A DNA stretch of 64,000 nucleotides from Tubiluchus corallicola. Taxonomy: Eukaryota > Animalia > Priapulida. Below the pieces are notes generated by a model. The model did not search any database and was not told where the DNA came from. It worked only from the letters and a program-made list of their open reading frames with translations. Where the stretch lies: assembly GCA_030141605.1 (NCBI GenBank), contig JAQGDQ010000592.1:1-64000 (forward strand), in the 5' to 3' direction. The translations under genes and the position numbers were made by a program. Numbering within the stretch: position 1 is the stretch's first letter; each line of letters opens with the position of its first letter. Below, in pieces: positions 1 through 27,494 of the stretch.

Positions 1-215
1 ATATGATAAAAATAAAAACAATGTTATTTTTGAAAGAGAAACTTGTGAAAGATACTTTTTTGTTTCTCGAACACTTAACTTTATCAAGTTGTCAATAGAG
101 ACAATGTTCTGAACATGCATGTAACATATTGGTATCTGGCATTAGTGTCCATGTCCGGTGTAACGCACACCCTACGTTATTAGTAAATGCAACAAGTGAA
201 TGCGCTGGCGAGCGT

Positions 216-339
216 CAGTGTTTTTCCGATAGATCGGTTGCCGCTTTTTGCGAAAAATCTGGTATCGGTAGCGGTTTCGAAGAAAATTAAAAGATTGGTG
301 TGGGTTCGGATTGACGTTTTCGGGTTTGGAATAACACTG
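216..339. mobile_element. Small hAT-like MITE (124 bp)
   Basis: Terminal inverted repeats CAGTGTTTTTCC (216-227) and GGAATAACACTG (328-339), 11/12 match. Several internal CGG-core repeats (ATCGGT, GCGGTT, TTCGGA) resemble hAT subterminal motifs. No TSD recognisable. Confidence 0.5.
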
Positions 340-1270
340 ACGTCATGTATGCACTCTGTCAACTTTTGTAGACTCAATCTTGTTCCCCTGTTGCTAAAAC
401 TATGTCCACTCGAGCTGAAAACATATTCAGATGGTGCTGACAAAGTAGGGACACTAAACCTCAGTTTTGCAATGTGGTGTAGACTTAGAAAAGAAGTTTT
501 TCGGCTTTCCCAGAATGACAAAACATCGAAGCCTTAATTCTTTGGTATACTGCTGAACAATCATGGCAGTCATTCTTAAGTCAAAATAATTCATCACTTC
601 ATTACCACATTCCATTTCCTCACTACAAGTGAACTCATTTTCAATATTATTAGTTGTTGTCATTTTGTCATACACATGGCCACCCAACTGGCTGTGGCTG
701 GCATCATTTATGCTGACATCTTCATCTTGTGCAACACGCAAACCTCCAAACAGTGACCAGTGTAATTCATGATCTCATCACGAAGTATGGAAACTGGCAG
801 CAACTTTTTAAGTTTTGGATGAAGAAACAGTTCGGTAAAATGCGGCACTGTTAACAGCATTTTTTCTTCCAGGTAAGCCCGTCTTTTCAGTTTTTGCAGA
901 AGGCTATTATCCATTGTGCCAATTTGTAATTGAATTTGCTCAGCTTTAATTTCTTTCCACAATATACTGCAAGATGCAAAATAGGTTTGCAATCTGCTCC
1001 AAGATCCCTATTATCAGAGTGTTCTTGTCAATGCCTGTCAAACGACACCGTTGGTTTTTTGAACCCAGTAGTTCTTCTATTTCACTGAATACATACATAC
1101 ATACCGAATACCGTAATAGCAACAATACCACAAAAAAGTGTCTGTTGGGGTTATGTAGGCCTTTAATTTTATTCGGAGTGTAAACGCCTGATAAGCTATG
1201 ATTGGAGGCAGAACACGTTTTTGTACTGCACATGCAATGTAGTTCTTGTAGTTTCTTGAAGGGCACAATG
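340..1270 (-). pseudogene. Degenerate, frameshifted hAT-superfamily transposase (C-terminal part)
   Basis: Consecutive overlapping minus-strand ORFs in different frames. 521-340 reads SFWESRKTSFLSLHHIAKLRFSVPTLSAPSEYVFSSSGHSFSNRGTRLS, matching the hAT C-terminal dimerisation pattern (W..LA..S.P..S..SER.FS..G....R.RL). 992-708 contains LFLHPKLKKL, like the LDPRFK motif. Confidence 0.8.
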
Positions 1271-1329
1271 AATCCTTTAGACTGACTTTAATGTGTATAT
1301 GTGCTGAAAAAAGTTGTATGTATTGCCAA

Positions 1330-1671
1330 ACTTCACAACGCGTTCACCGGTATAGTGCAACAAAAAATGATAATTATGCTACACAGAGAATTTCATAAGC
1401 TTCAAACCGCGTTTAACGCATCGCCTTGTCAAAAGCCTGCACGCAAAAACAGTGTGGAAGAAACCGCGAAATTATATTAAGGCAGATTAATTTGTGGGCG
1501 TGTTTTGCTGTGATGTTTCTCGTTTTTGCATATAATCAGAGAGATACTTCCAGTGGCGTGTTTGTAGCCGTTTAACTGGAGAGAAGAGACGGAAAATGTG
1601 TGTGATTTAATTATTTTATGCCTGTTTGACACTATACAAAATTTATTAATGATCACTTCGTTGGCAGAATT
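1330..1671 (+). promoter_or_regulatory. Candidate promoter / 5' UTR of the OSR1/SPAK gene
   Basis: Local enrichment of CpG (ACGCGT, CCGCG, GGGCGTG, GGCGTG) directly upstream of the ATG, in an otherwise CpG-poor window. The TSS cannot be placed. Confidence 0.35.
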
Positions 1672-16741
<15,070 letters not shown>

Positions 16742-19043
16742 TAGCTAGCCGACATAATTATAATTGACTGAGAAGAAGAATAGCACCGGGGGATTCTGAA
16801 ATTCATTTGTGACTAAATAGTATTTATACATCATGCATAATAGCGACAAATTGAAATGTAGTGTATAAAAAGTAGAACTTCAATTCCCCAAAGTCAACTA
16901 TGTTGGCATATACTATTGCCACTTTCCATTGCAGTTAATAATTTCAAAACAGCTAGCATTGGCAAACCAAAAATGCATGCCCGAGACAGACATGACTTTA
17001 AAAGCTATAAAATTAATCATATTACACATGGTGATTGGAATCGTTATTACTACAAAACTATTTATCATGTTTATATACTTAATACTATTTATGTTTAAGT
17101 TATTCTAAGAATAATCAAGATGGCGAATTTTTGTCACTTGAGCTGTTAAACTATTGAAAAGCATGTTAATTTAACCTTGCTAAATGTGGTGCATCCCAAA
17201 TGAATTGTGATTTAAGATCTAATTTTGGAATTAAGATAATTAAGTATTCTGTGTTCTTTGTGTTAGCCTAAAAAAGAAACTGTAGGTGTTAATTGCTTCA
17301 TTGGTTGCACTTAGTGGTTTACTTCACATGAACTTGAAGGCGAATATTACCATTCGTCAAATGATACTGTAGGCATGAGAAAGCAAAACCTGGCAGACTT
17401 GACCATTCAAATGGCTCTGAATGTTATGTTAAAAAACTGGGATGATTTTTCAAGCACTTTACCTAAACTTATACATTCAGTGGAAAATACATGTTTCATT
17501 ACCTATAATGATTTTCAAAATACATTGTAATTAAATGTGGTAGCATAGAAACTAGAGAGAGTAGCTACTGATGACATCACAGATGGGTACAATTTTCCAC
17601 CAACGAGTCTTCTATGTATGCTTCAAAACTCAAGCACGTTTGCCAGAATGCAAAAACTTCGGATTTTAAGTTTGTCGATGGGCTACAACCTATCTGTGAT
17701 TTCATGAGGCTGCCCTGACTAATAGGGCCATTGTGTAGGCCTGTAGTTCTGCCAATCTGGTACACCAAGAATAATATGCTCCTGCTAAATAAGTATATAA
17801 AGCCAAGAATGTGCAACAATGAAAAGTTAATGACTTTGATTCTTGAATTGAGCTACGGTCTGAAACTGGCTGCTGTTTTTCTTTGAGTTTTAGTAGTGCT
17901 ATCACTGTTGTGTCTAGGCAAACAGGCACACTATAACACCAAATAGCATATGTAACAGCATGTCGAAAGCAGCTTGTTGTTGAAGTATAAAATGTGAATG
18001 GTTTAGCATTCTCCAATTGAGAAAATCTGCCTCGTAAATGAAAGGCTCACTGTTCTAATGTCAACTAGTTTTTAGCAATTTAATTTGCTTTGATTTAATT
18101 AAAGGAGACTTGAAAAGACAGCTTTGTCTAATGCATTTGGGTGTAACATTTGTGCCTTAGTTCAGCATTAGGTAACGGAGAAAATCAATTGATTCTTCTT
18201 ACTAATTAGTAGTCTTCTGATCATATGAATCTTCTTTACTATTATGAGCATGGCACCGATTGCAAATACTTGTAACTTATATATGATTATGTCGATTTCC
18301 ATGAACCTTAGGTACAACAAGAAAGTATTTTACCACAGTACTGTAAACTTTAATCATTCTTCTTGGGTTACTTGCCTGTGATGAAAGCATATAAACAGAC
18401 TGGTCTGCTAAGCCAGTCTCATTTTCATTGTTCACTCAATTTTGTATTGTGATGTCATAATAAAGTTGCTCCAGTACAAATTTTTACAACAAAATGGATG
18501 CTATAGCTACGTTTAATGATGTTGTTAATAGCTTATTTAGAAATGAATCAACGACAACAATAAAGGACATTCTAAATGACACATCCAAGCAGTTGAGCAG
18601 AAAAACTCAATAAGCAAGCAACCCAATGTTTGCATTCTGGGCTAGTTTTACCAGATTAGTACTAAACCACGTTAAATTTAATTCTACATTAGCTTTGACT
18701 GCAGCTACATCATAAAATATTTCTAAACTATCTTCCTGGAAGTGATTTAACTGTCATTTTTGTATTTGAGCAGTACTAGTACTTGTTCCAAATGTGACAT
18801 TTGTTACTTAAAATTAAAGCTTATTCTTATATGAGTCCCAGATTATTCTACTTATAAGTGACAACAAAAGACTGTGTATGTAATGTATATTTAGTTTTCA
18901 TAAATGTCTTATTAATGCCTTGTAACTTTCATTGATATTTATGACAGCACGTACAAAATGACACTGGAAATATATAATGAAAGGCTTGCCACTGTGCTAA
19001 AAAGGAAGCACACAATAATTCCAATCACTTTGAAATTTGAATG

Positions 19044-19133
19044 TTTATTTACTTAAAGGTAGTTAATTTACAAACATTTTAACAAGGATGTATCGTATAT
19101 AATGCTTTTGGTGTACATACATACGTAAATAAA
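19044..19133. terminator. Candidate opposing polyadenylation signals: minus-strand AATAAA 19049-19044 (UBE3D) and plus-strand AATAAA 19128-19133 (OSR1)
   Basis: TTTATT at 19044-19049 is the first canonical minus-strand PAS I find after the UBE3D stop. Plus-strand AATAAA occurs at 18459, 18559 and 19128. Which are used is unknown. Confidence 0.35.
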
Positions 19134-20252
19134 CTGTTTCAAATTATTAATGATTCGTATTAACTACATTTCATTATTTGTCTGATGAAACAATAGCAGG
19201 GAAAATATCCAAAAGAAATACAGTTCTGCTACTAAGCGGAACCCAATTTAAGCCATTTGGCAATTAGCAGAAAACAATTAAGGGAGCAGAATATGTAATA
19301 CAAACAGCAACTTATGAACTTAACAAAGAGTTACAGCCACTTAAAGTATGAACAAAAATTCTCAATGAGAATTCCTGGCTTTCTAAACAGAGCAAAAACT
19401 GGAGTGTTATCTATCTTACACTGAAATCATGCAGAACCAGGAAAATCCCATACGGCCTATTGCAAACCTACTTATGTTGTAAATCTTAACAAGAAAAGCC
19501 ACACCCATTCATTTACAGCATAGTGAAATGATTGATAAACTACACTCCCCATATGCCAAACATTTTAGCCACTTGCCAGCCTGAAAGAAATCGTGTGGAA
19601 ATAGCTCATACATAAATATTAACAGCGAATACAGCCACTGATATGCAACTACTGAGCATTTAGGAAAAACTACACTGTCAAAGTTAATTACAAAAAAGAA
19701 CAATCGCAATGTTAACCATAATTACATTAAGGATGGTTGTGTAATAATGCAAATAATTTTGACGGCTTTTTCAATGCCAAAAATGGCTTACAACATAGGA
19801 AAATTAGACAAAATCAACCACAGGGTATGGATCTTCTATGTTTTGGTAGAATTATTGATTTAACAAACAAAAGCTATGACCGTAAATGTACAAATTTGTA
19901 CATATGAAGCAAAAAGAATTGAACATTCTAATCAGCTTGGAAGGAGCATGCTGCCGCTGTTGGGTTTATGACAATATAGCAGAATAAACAGTTATCATCT
20001 TGTCTATTGGGGTGCCATGTGGAGAGTCCAGTTAAGCCCCAAAACCCAGTGAAGCATGGCAACTCTGATAGTCGGTTGCCTTAATGCAGAGATTCTTATG
20101 AATAACAGTCATCATGAATTAGACTTCTCCTGAGTGAGGTTTCACTCATTTTACAAACTTGCTAAAAATTTTCCATGTTATTTAACAATTGGTAAGCCAT
20201 CATAACAAAAGCAAATATTTTTCCCAGACAATGAATGAAGCAGTGATGTACC

Positions 20253-23200
20253 CTAAGTTATTTTCATTGATGCTAAAGCAGGCAGTTCGTCACTGAGTTC
20301 CATGTCAATTATTCTTAAGTGGCCAACCTGCAATGTGCATATAATAATGAAAACACTGAACGGATGTTATCATATTTATAATCAGTAACGATCAAAATAC
20401 ATAAAAAGGATTGTTAAGTCGAAAACTACATCAGCACAAATTTTGTTGCTTGTAGACTGTACACTACTTGCTTTCAGGTTTTCCAGCAGTATCTTGCTTG
20501 CAGTATATTTTAGAAATAGTTTGAAATGCACATACTTCAATATCACGTGAGACAAAATGCAACTATTTCTTGCTGAACAAAATTCAATGCACTTGGTATG
20601 GTCTTAGAACTGGATACAGTTTGGATGAGTGATACCAAAAATGCCCGGTTGTAAAAATAACAATCAGCTAACATAAAACGAAGTAAATTGGATGAATAGT
20701 AATTTTAACTATTGTGGTCAGTTTATAAAAGTAAGGATTTTGGATGAAGGTTGTTATATGAGGGAAAAACTACAGCTGAGTTTGGCTGGTCCGAGTTGTT
20801 CTACTGCATGTTTTACTGTTATTTTCCTGAAAAGCATTTGAAGCATTATGTTATTGAATTAGTGAACTACTATGCATATTATAAAAGTATGATGCACCAC
20901 AGATACACCAGCATAGTACATGTACACAATTATACGAAAACAAATCTAAATATAAACCAGGTGAAACTTTTTGGTAATAACAAAACAATACAGAGCAAGA
21001 CTAAAAATGACAAGCTTCAAAACAATTTTATAACTTACTTTAAAATGGTTTAGAGATTGCAGTGAAGAAGGTAGTATTGTTGTACTTTCTTGCAATAAAC
21101 TGTGAAGTAACAAACAGTCAGATTCTAGCAATGAGACATTATGCACAGTTAGATCCCTCTCCCAGCTTTTGCATACTCTGCAAAACAAAAATACTCGTGT
21201 ACAAAAAAATTTAGTACTGTAGAAACAAAACTTTAACTGCCTTGTAGGAGGAGTTTATTCGAGTTCACTCAATTGTTTTTATTGTTTTTTAAAATGATTA
21301 CTTACACTTTGCTGACTGCATCTTCTGTTGGGTCAAGATACAAAATCTTAATGACAGGAAAAGAATTGATGCTGACTTTTCTTTCCTTAACATGAGATGA
21401 TGCCAGTTGTACATCCGTTCCCATTATCCATACCTTAAAAATATTTTACATAAACAAAACTGTATATACATTTCAAATTGAATAAGATCAAAACCAGAGA
21501 ATAAAGACAAAGTCTTTATTCATGCTCGACAAGTTTTACTTAAGACTTTGACTCGAGAAATTTGTGGTCATTGCAAAAATTGTTTGTTGTTTCTGCAGAG
21601 TTTTTGCAGAAAAATCACTTTTGCAGACTCATGGTCTACTATCTTACTAAGAAGCCAATTCCAGCTATAAAGCAACACTACCACTAAAGATTACCAAAGA
21701 CGTTTCATGTATAAAACTGAACAGTGATTTATAGAGCAGAATTTAGTGTAAACATATTGACAGAATAAAAGCTTTGAAAAAATGTCTGTATACCTACCTA
21801 TTGCTTACTTACCAATACTAAATAGTGCATAATAATAATGCTATTAATCCTATCTACATTTTCTAACACTAGTTCAACAAACCTGGACTTTTTAGACTTT
21901 TCACCATCTGGTCAAAACAGCATTAGACAATAGTGTGGTTTGAATTTTAACATACTAATGTATTAGTACATTAATGCCACTCTTTGCATAACATTATGGA
22001 TGACCATAGCTTAACATAATATAATGAAATGTTTATGAAGTCAAATCACGTATTAAAAATTAAATCAATTAAATCAACATGTATTGGTACAAACCAGTAA
22101 CTGAGTTTTAGTTTTCCCACTGAAAGATGCTTGAATCAAACATTTGTATGCATCCATCTTATGGCATGCTGATAATAGTATTTGAGCTAACTGCACCTCT
22201 TGATTATACCTGAAAAACGTGTTACGGTTTGTAGATCGCAAGTCTTTGAAAATTAGCAGCTTAATGATATATTACACAGGACAATATATGATCGAGTGAA
22301 AACTAAATTCACAGAATTTGAAGTTGCATAATATTGTATTGCTATTATACTTAAAAGAAGCAATGTAAAATTTTTTAACAAAACCATGCAGCAATTTCTA
22401 CACCGTCCTTTAAAATCCAACAGGCATGACAAATTTATATGTCTCAAACTTTTAAGCAGTGAAAGAGAATACAGTCAAACCTCTTTCTACCATCTAGTTT
22501 TGGACAATAAAAAAAGATGGCATAAAGCAAGTCGGCAGTATAACGAGGTGCATTATCACATACTCGTCTATATAACATATGTTTTGCATTATGTTTTGGC
22601 AAAAAACTGGCATTAAGTGAGATTAGCATTAGAAAGGGGAGCATTATAATGAGATTTGACTGTAATTTAAAATGTTATTTCAGTTCACATTTTTATTCCA
22701 ACCTATTTGATAACATTCCCTTACTTGTATTTAGATATTCTTGTTTTCTCCCAACATATTTTGTGAAGATACAATTGAAAAGCTATGGTGTCATTTATGG
22801 CATTCGTGGTGCCTGACACAATATGATGTTCTGTAAAAGAAATTTCTCAATGATTTTGTAACAACACAATAATGAAAATTTACATACAGTTTGGATTCTT
22901 GCTCCATTTTTTAACAAGCAGACAGCCATGCTTTCAGAATGAATTAGAAATGTAAGGACACCAACACAACAACGAAGGTTCAAAACAACGTAAAGTTAGT
23001 TTACAAAGTTTAGACAAGTAATTTCTGCTAAAGTTCCTAAATCTTATGCACTAAATTAAAAAAAGAAAAACTAGAGTATTACCTCTTGGTAACGGCAGAT
23101 TGTGAATTGCTAGTCCAACATGATTTCCACATGTTTTACACAATATTACAGAATTATCAGCAAATTTTATACTTTCATCATTTACGACTGCTGGATGGAC

Positions 23201-26200
23201 TAACAAATACAAGCTTCCAATCAAACAAATATCTGAAATAAACAGTGGGTAAGGTATTTTTAGGAATAACCATGTCGACATGTGATAATTTTGAACAGTA
23301 AAAAAATAGAATTTTGGAATTTAGAATAAAATTTGAAAATACAAAAATATTTTGTAACACTTACTTGTGAATCAAAACATGGTGAATAAAATCACAGCCA
23401 CTTACCATGTTATTAAGATGACTGTAACATATTTCTAGTGTTGTCACGCTACAAGAATTTTGAATCATGACAAATGCCAGAACCTAGATATATCACTAGC
23501 TGTATCGCAGTAAATCACAAATGTAGAAGAAAGTCAACAAACATAACCTCCAAAACTTAGAATTCACAGTTCTTGGCTCAAAAATAGCTTCTCCTCTAAT
23601 TATACGTCATTGTACAATTTTAAAGTCTGTAGTTTGAAACTCATGCAAGCTATAAGGCATTCAGTTATCGCCCATCCATTTCAGCCTTGCCATTTTTAGT
23701 CATTATAGTTCCTCTCATGACCTTATTAGTGCTTATTGGTGTTATACTTACTGCACTGGTTCTAATTGTTTCAAGTGTTTTTGCAAATACTTTTGAAAGT
23801 TAACAGTTGACAGTGTTGTTGACGTATATTGCTTTCTATCCAATGTCAAAAAGTCTTAAAATTTCAATTTTGTTTCTAATATTATAGACTTTTTTCTACA
23901 TAACACATAGCCATGCAACTGAATTCAGCAATACTTTCAAATTTCTGAAACTTAAATGCAAATAAGGTGAATGCGGTAATTAATCGAACAATTCTGTACA
24001 TGTACCATGAGAGAATTTCATCAGAAGAATTTTATCTCTTTACAGCAGCAAAGAATCATCGAAATATGCCTGTATCTATCAAAGCATGGCCTGTCTGGTG
24101 TGAGAATCAGCAGAACATAAGAGTAGCTTTAATTATTATTTGGGTTAATAGCGGGTGTCGTTATTTTAACGAAATCTACTTAAAATTTATCTAAAATTTA
24201 AATACGCAACTTCAAATCTCTTGAGGTTGTATAATTAAGCGAGTCATAAAACTTTATCAAGTACCAAAATAAAAATCGCTGATAACACAGTTTTGGTGGA
24301 AAGAGGAATTGAAGTCAGAAGCAACGATTAGGAAATACATAACCAAGGTATATGGTGTTACACAACAACACTACCATTTGCACCAACTGGTGCAAGTACA
24401 ATAAAGCATGAAAATGCAATAAGTAAAAAGCTGATAATCCACCAGAAAATTCAGAACCAACTATAACTCCAATGCACTACATAGTCAGGAACTATGACTA
24501 TAAAGAGTTCTGGTTCATTTACGTTCAACTCCTTTTTTCATGTTTTCACATTTCCACCACTTCAATTAAATTTTGTTTCAAATGTAACTAAATTACATAA
24601 GAAAACATACAGATAAAGTTTTGATAGGTACGCCCATCATTTTCAAAATCAGAATTTAGAACAAACAAGGATTCCCCATTAATTATCAATGTAATGTTAT
24701 TAGAAATCTTTGTGGTTTTTAGAATTATTGAGATGTTGAAAAGAATAGGCTTAGCTATTAAAATGTTGATCTTTTCTCATACTTTGCTAAAACATATGTA
24801 TATTTGCAGGTTCAGTGTGTGGCAACATTTAGGAGCGTGTGCTTGAATTTTTTTTGAATTACAAAATTTACATGTACAAGGTTCAAATTGATCTCGCACC
24901 AAAAACGTATAGCCTCTTTCAACAAGATTCTTCAACAGCAAAGACAAAGCAGCAGCAAAACAGAATGAGCTGTTTTGCATTAATTCAATAACTTTGAGTT
25001 TATTATAACATTTTTGATTGACAATTTTGCAATGTTGGGTTACAGGCACACTCCATTATTTGCGATCATGGCAAGCAAACTGCTAAACAGCTCCTTTTCT
25101 TTTGCTCTGTTTTGCCTTTGCTATTGAAGAATCTTGCTGAAACAGGCTATACTTTTTTAGTGCAGGTTTATTTTAAATAAACCTTATACATGCAAGTTTT
25201 ATAATTAAAAAAAATTAAAGCACATGTTTGATTAGGAGTATAGACACATAGAATTAGAAACAATCTACTTTATTTTTAAAGAAAAATCACAACTGCTTGT
25301 ACACATGTGATTTAAAATAGAACCGTAAGTACTTGATGTGGTAAATTTGTAGTTATTATGACAATATCAAACACTTCTTTTTCATAATCGTTTAAAAAAA
25401 ATTCTCCATTATGTAGTATGACTGTATGAAGATGGCACTCACCCTCCTTTGGAAGAAGCTTATTTATTGATGGAATGTCACCATTTTTATATTTATGACA
25501 AAACCAATTGCATGCCATTTCTTGCCACCCATCGGACGGGAGAGGCAGTAACTTCCGGAAGTTCCTGTTAAAACAAGTTTGAACCAATACAAAAACAAAA
25601 TTTATCTTTCACAATTGCTAATGCAAAGCCTATCATATTTAAATTTCTGACAAAACTTTTGCTTTTAGAATCATTTTAAGAAGATTCAAAGACCTGAACT
25701 CTCACGATCGTAAAACTGACATTGATCTATCAACCCACCACAATGTTCATACCGGCAACCACACCTGCTTAATATGGATGGTTGTGTGTACTGTCACTAG
25801 AAAAAAAGCAAGTTTGTCGGGAAAGCAGAAGAAAGAAAACATAAGTATAAGTTATCGACACGGTAACAGAATGTAGATCGTTTAGCAGTGCACCATACCG
25901 TTACGAAAAAACTGACTATAGAATTAGTTTAGACTAATAGGATTAAATTATGCACTACCAAATGGAAAAATAAAAATTCCACAAAATAACATAAAGTGCA
26001 CTACTGTAAGTTACCTATGGTTGCAAACCGTTTGCTTGTGCAATAGGCTTCTATGTGCACTGTGGACCATACTATATGTTGCAAATTTACAACAATTAGT
26101 TCATTTTGTTATGAGGTTTCCTGTACTCTAGTAAATGCAGAATCTAGCAGACACATGACTTAGCAGGCCAAATTAAGAAGAAAAGCAAGAAAGCATTTAA

Positions 26201-27494
26201 GTATGATTTAAAAAACTGAACAGTATGCTACAACTAGAAAACATTACCAGAGACAGTTTGCCAAAACTTATTAATAGCGCAACTACTGAAGGAGAAAATA
26301 CCAAAACAAGCGAAACAGCTGAAATGACAACTGATTAATTGATTGCTAAAGCATATCTTTTGTGAAGAACTCAAAAACCTTTCAAGGGAACAAATATCTG
26401 CTGTGAGCTACTCAGAATTGACACACTACATATATGTATTTCACACAAATTACCTGAACACAGCCAATAGCCAATGACAAGTCAAGGTAAAGGATTTTAG
26501 TAAAAAGGTGAAGATTGAGGTTATAATTGTCAGGGAAATAATTCTCTGGTCACCACAATTTAGAAGGCCAAAAATGGACTGATAAACAGCTAGTAGCTGT
26601 AAATCGAGTTTTTTAATTAGTATGCACAACAAATATTAAATTTACCTAATTTTAGGTAAAACAGAAACAATTTTTTTTGTGACTGGCCTTGACATAATAA
26701 TATTGCTGTAGAAACTTCCAATAATTTATGAAAACTGAAAAGATTTCAGAGGCCATCAAGACTGGTCTCTAGAATGTTCCATAGCTTATCAGAGTTTAAG
26801 TCAAGCAGTGCTATGCATGTGTTGATGGCTGACTTGACACACAAAGATCTGCCATTTTCATCTACTATTCTAAATGAACATAAGTTTACATAGATATAAA
26901 TTACACACACACAAAACATATGCATAGGTGAATTCACACAGTGTGCCAGGCTAATTTGCATCAGTGCAGTAAATGAGAAAATTAGCCCACTTGTACTATT
27001 TATCTATTAGTATCAGCTGCACTTACAAGTTCTTCCTAGAAAGCTCATGTCTACAGCACAGACATTGAATAATGTTGACACCTAGTTCTGCGATCTCTCT
27101 ATCACCAGGAAGTTTGGAAAATTTAATTCTTTCTGTGGTAGTTCTCTGTGCGTGTACCCTAATATGAATTTCTGAAGATTTGGTACTTCGCTGACAAGTG
27201 TCTGGTAAGAAATTCACATCTTTAACATCAAGAATAATAGTCATTGCAGTTTCGTTGGCACATTTGGGTTGCAGAGTTACTAACAGTGAAGATTGCCTCA
27301 CAGATACTTTCGATGCATCACTAAATTAAAGTAAATAAAGAACGTTAGCAACTTTGTACGGTATAACAGCAAGTAACAATAAGCTGAATAATCATACAAA
27401 AAGAAAAAACTCACCACGAATACGTTTCAGGTATCTTTGTAAGATAAATACTTGCAACACTCAAATTCACTTTGTGTTCAAAGTATAATTCCAT
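20253..27494 (-). CDS. UBE3D: E3 ubiquitin-protein ligase E3D family (HECT_2 / Ipa1-like), 9 coding exons, about 402 aa
   Basis: Exons 27494-27415, 27320-27027, 25564-25443, 23232-23083, 22830-22725, 22209-22095, 21433-21306, 21177-21039, 20327-20253. All GT-AG, phase-consistent, 1209 nt. Motifs: CLCCRHEL, LLPLPSDGWQEMACNWFCH, DICLIG, VILCKTCGNHVG, VIKILY, SWERDLTVH, ESTTILPSSLQSLNHFKVGHL, colinear with human UBE3D as recalled. An in-frame TGA lies upstream of the ATG, and a splice acceptor at 27536-27535 implies a non-coding upstream exon. Confidence 0.93.
24836..25226. repeat. Long imperfect inverted repeat (foldback): arms 24836-24979 and 25081-25226, spacer about 100 bp
   Basis: Arm 1 GTATAGCCTCTTTCAACAAGATTCTTCAACAGCAAAGACAAA versus reverse complement of arm 2 GTATAGCCTGTTTCAGCAAGATTCTTCAATAGCAAAGGCAAA. 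Similarity extends across the whole arm. Confidence 0.8.

Noticed and set aside
187-1183. Plus-strand ORFs 187-537 and 974-1183 as genes
   Set aside because: They are antisense shadows of the hAT relic with no recognisable domains or splice structure.
17577-18016. Minus-strand ORFs between OSR1 and UBE3D as an extra gene
   Set aside because: No recognisable motif or exon chain. The region most likely lies in the OSR1 3' UTR.
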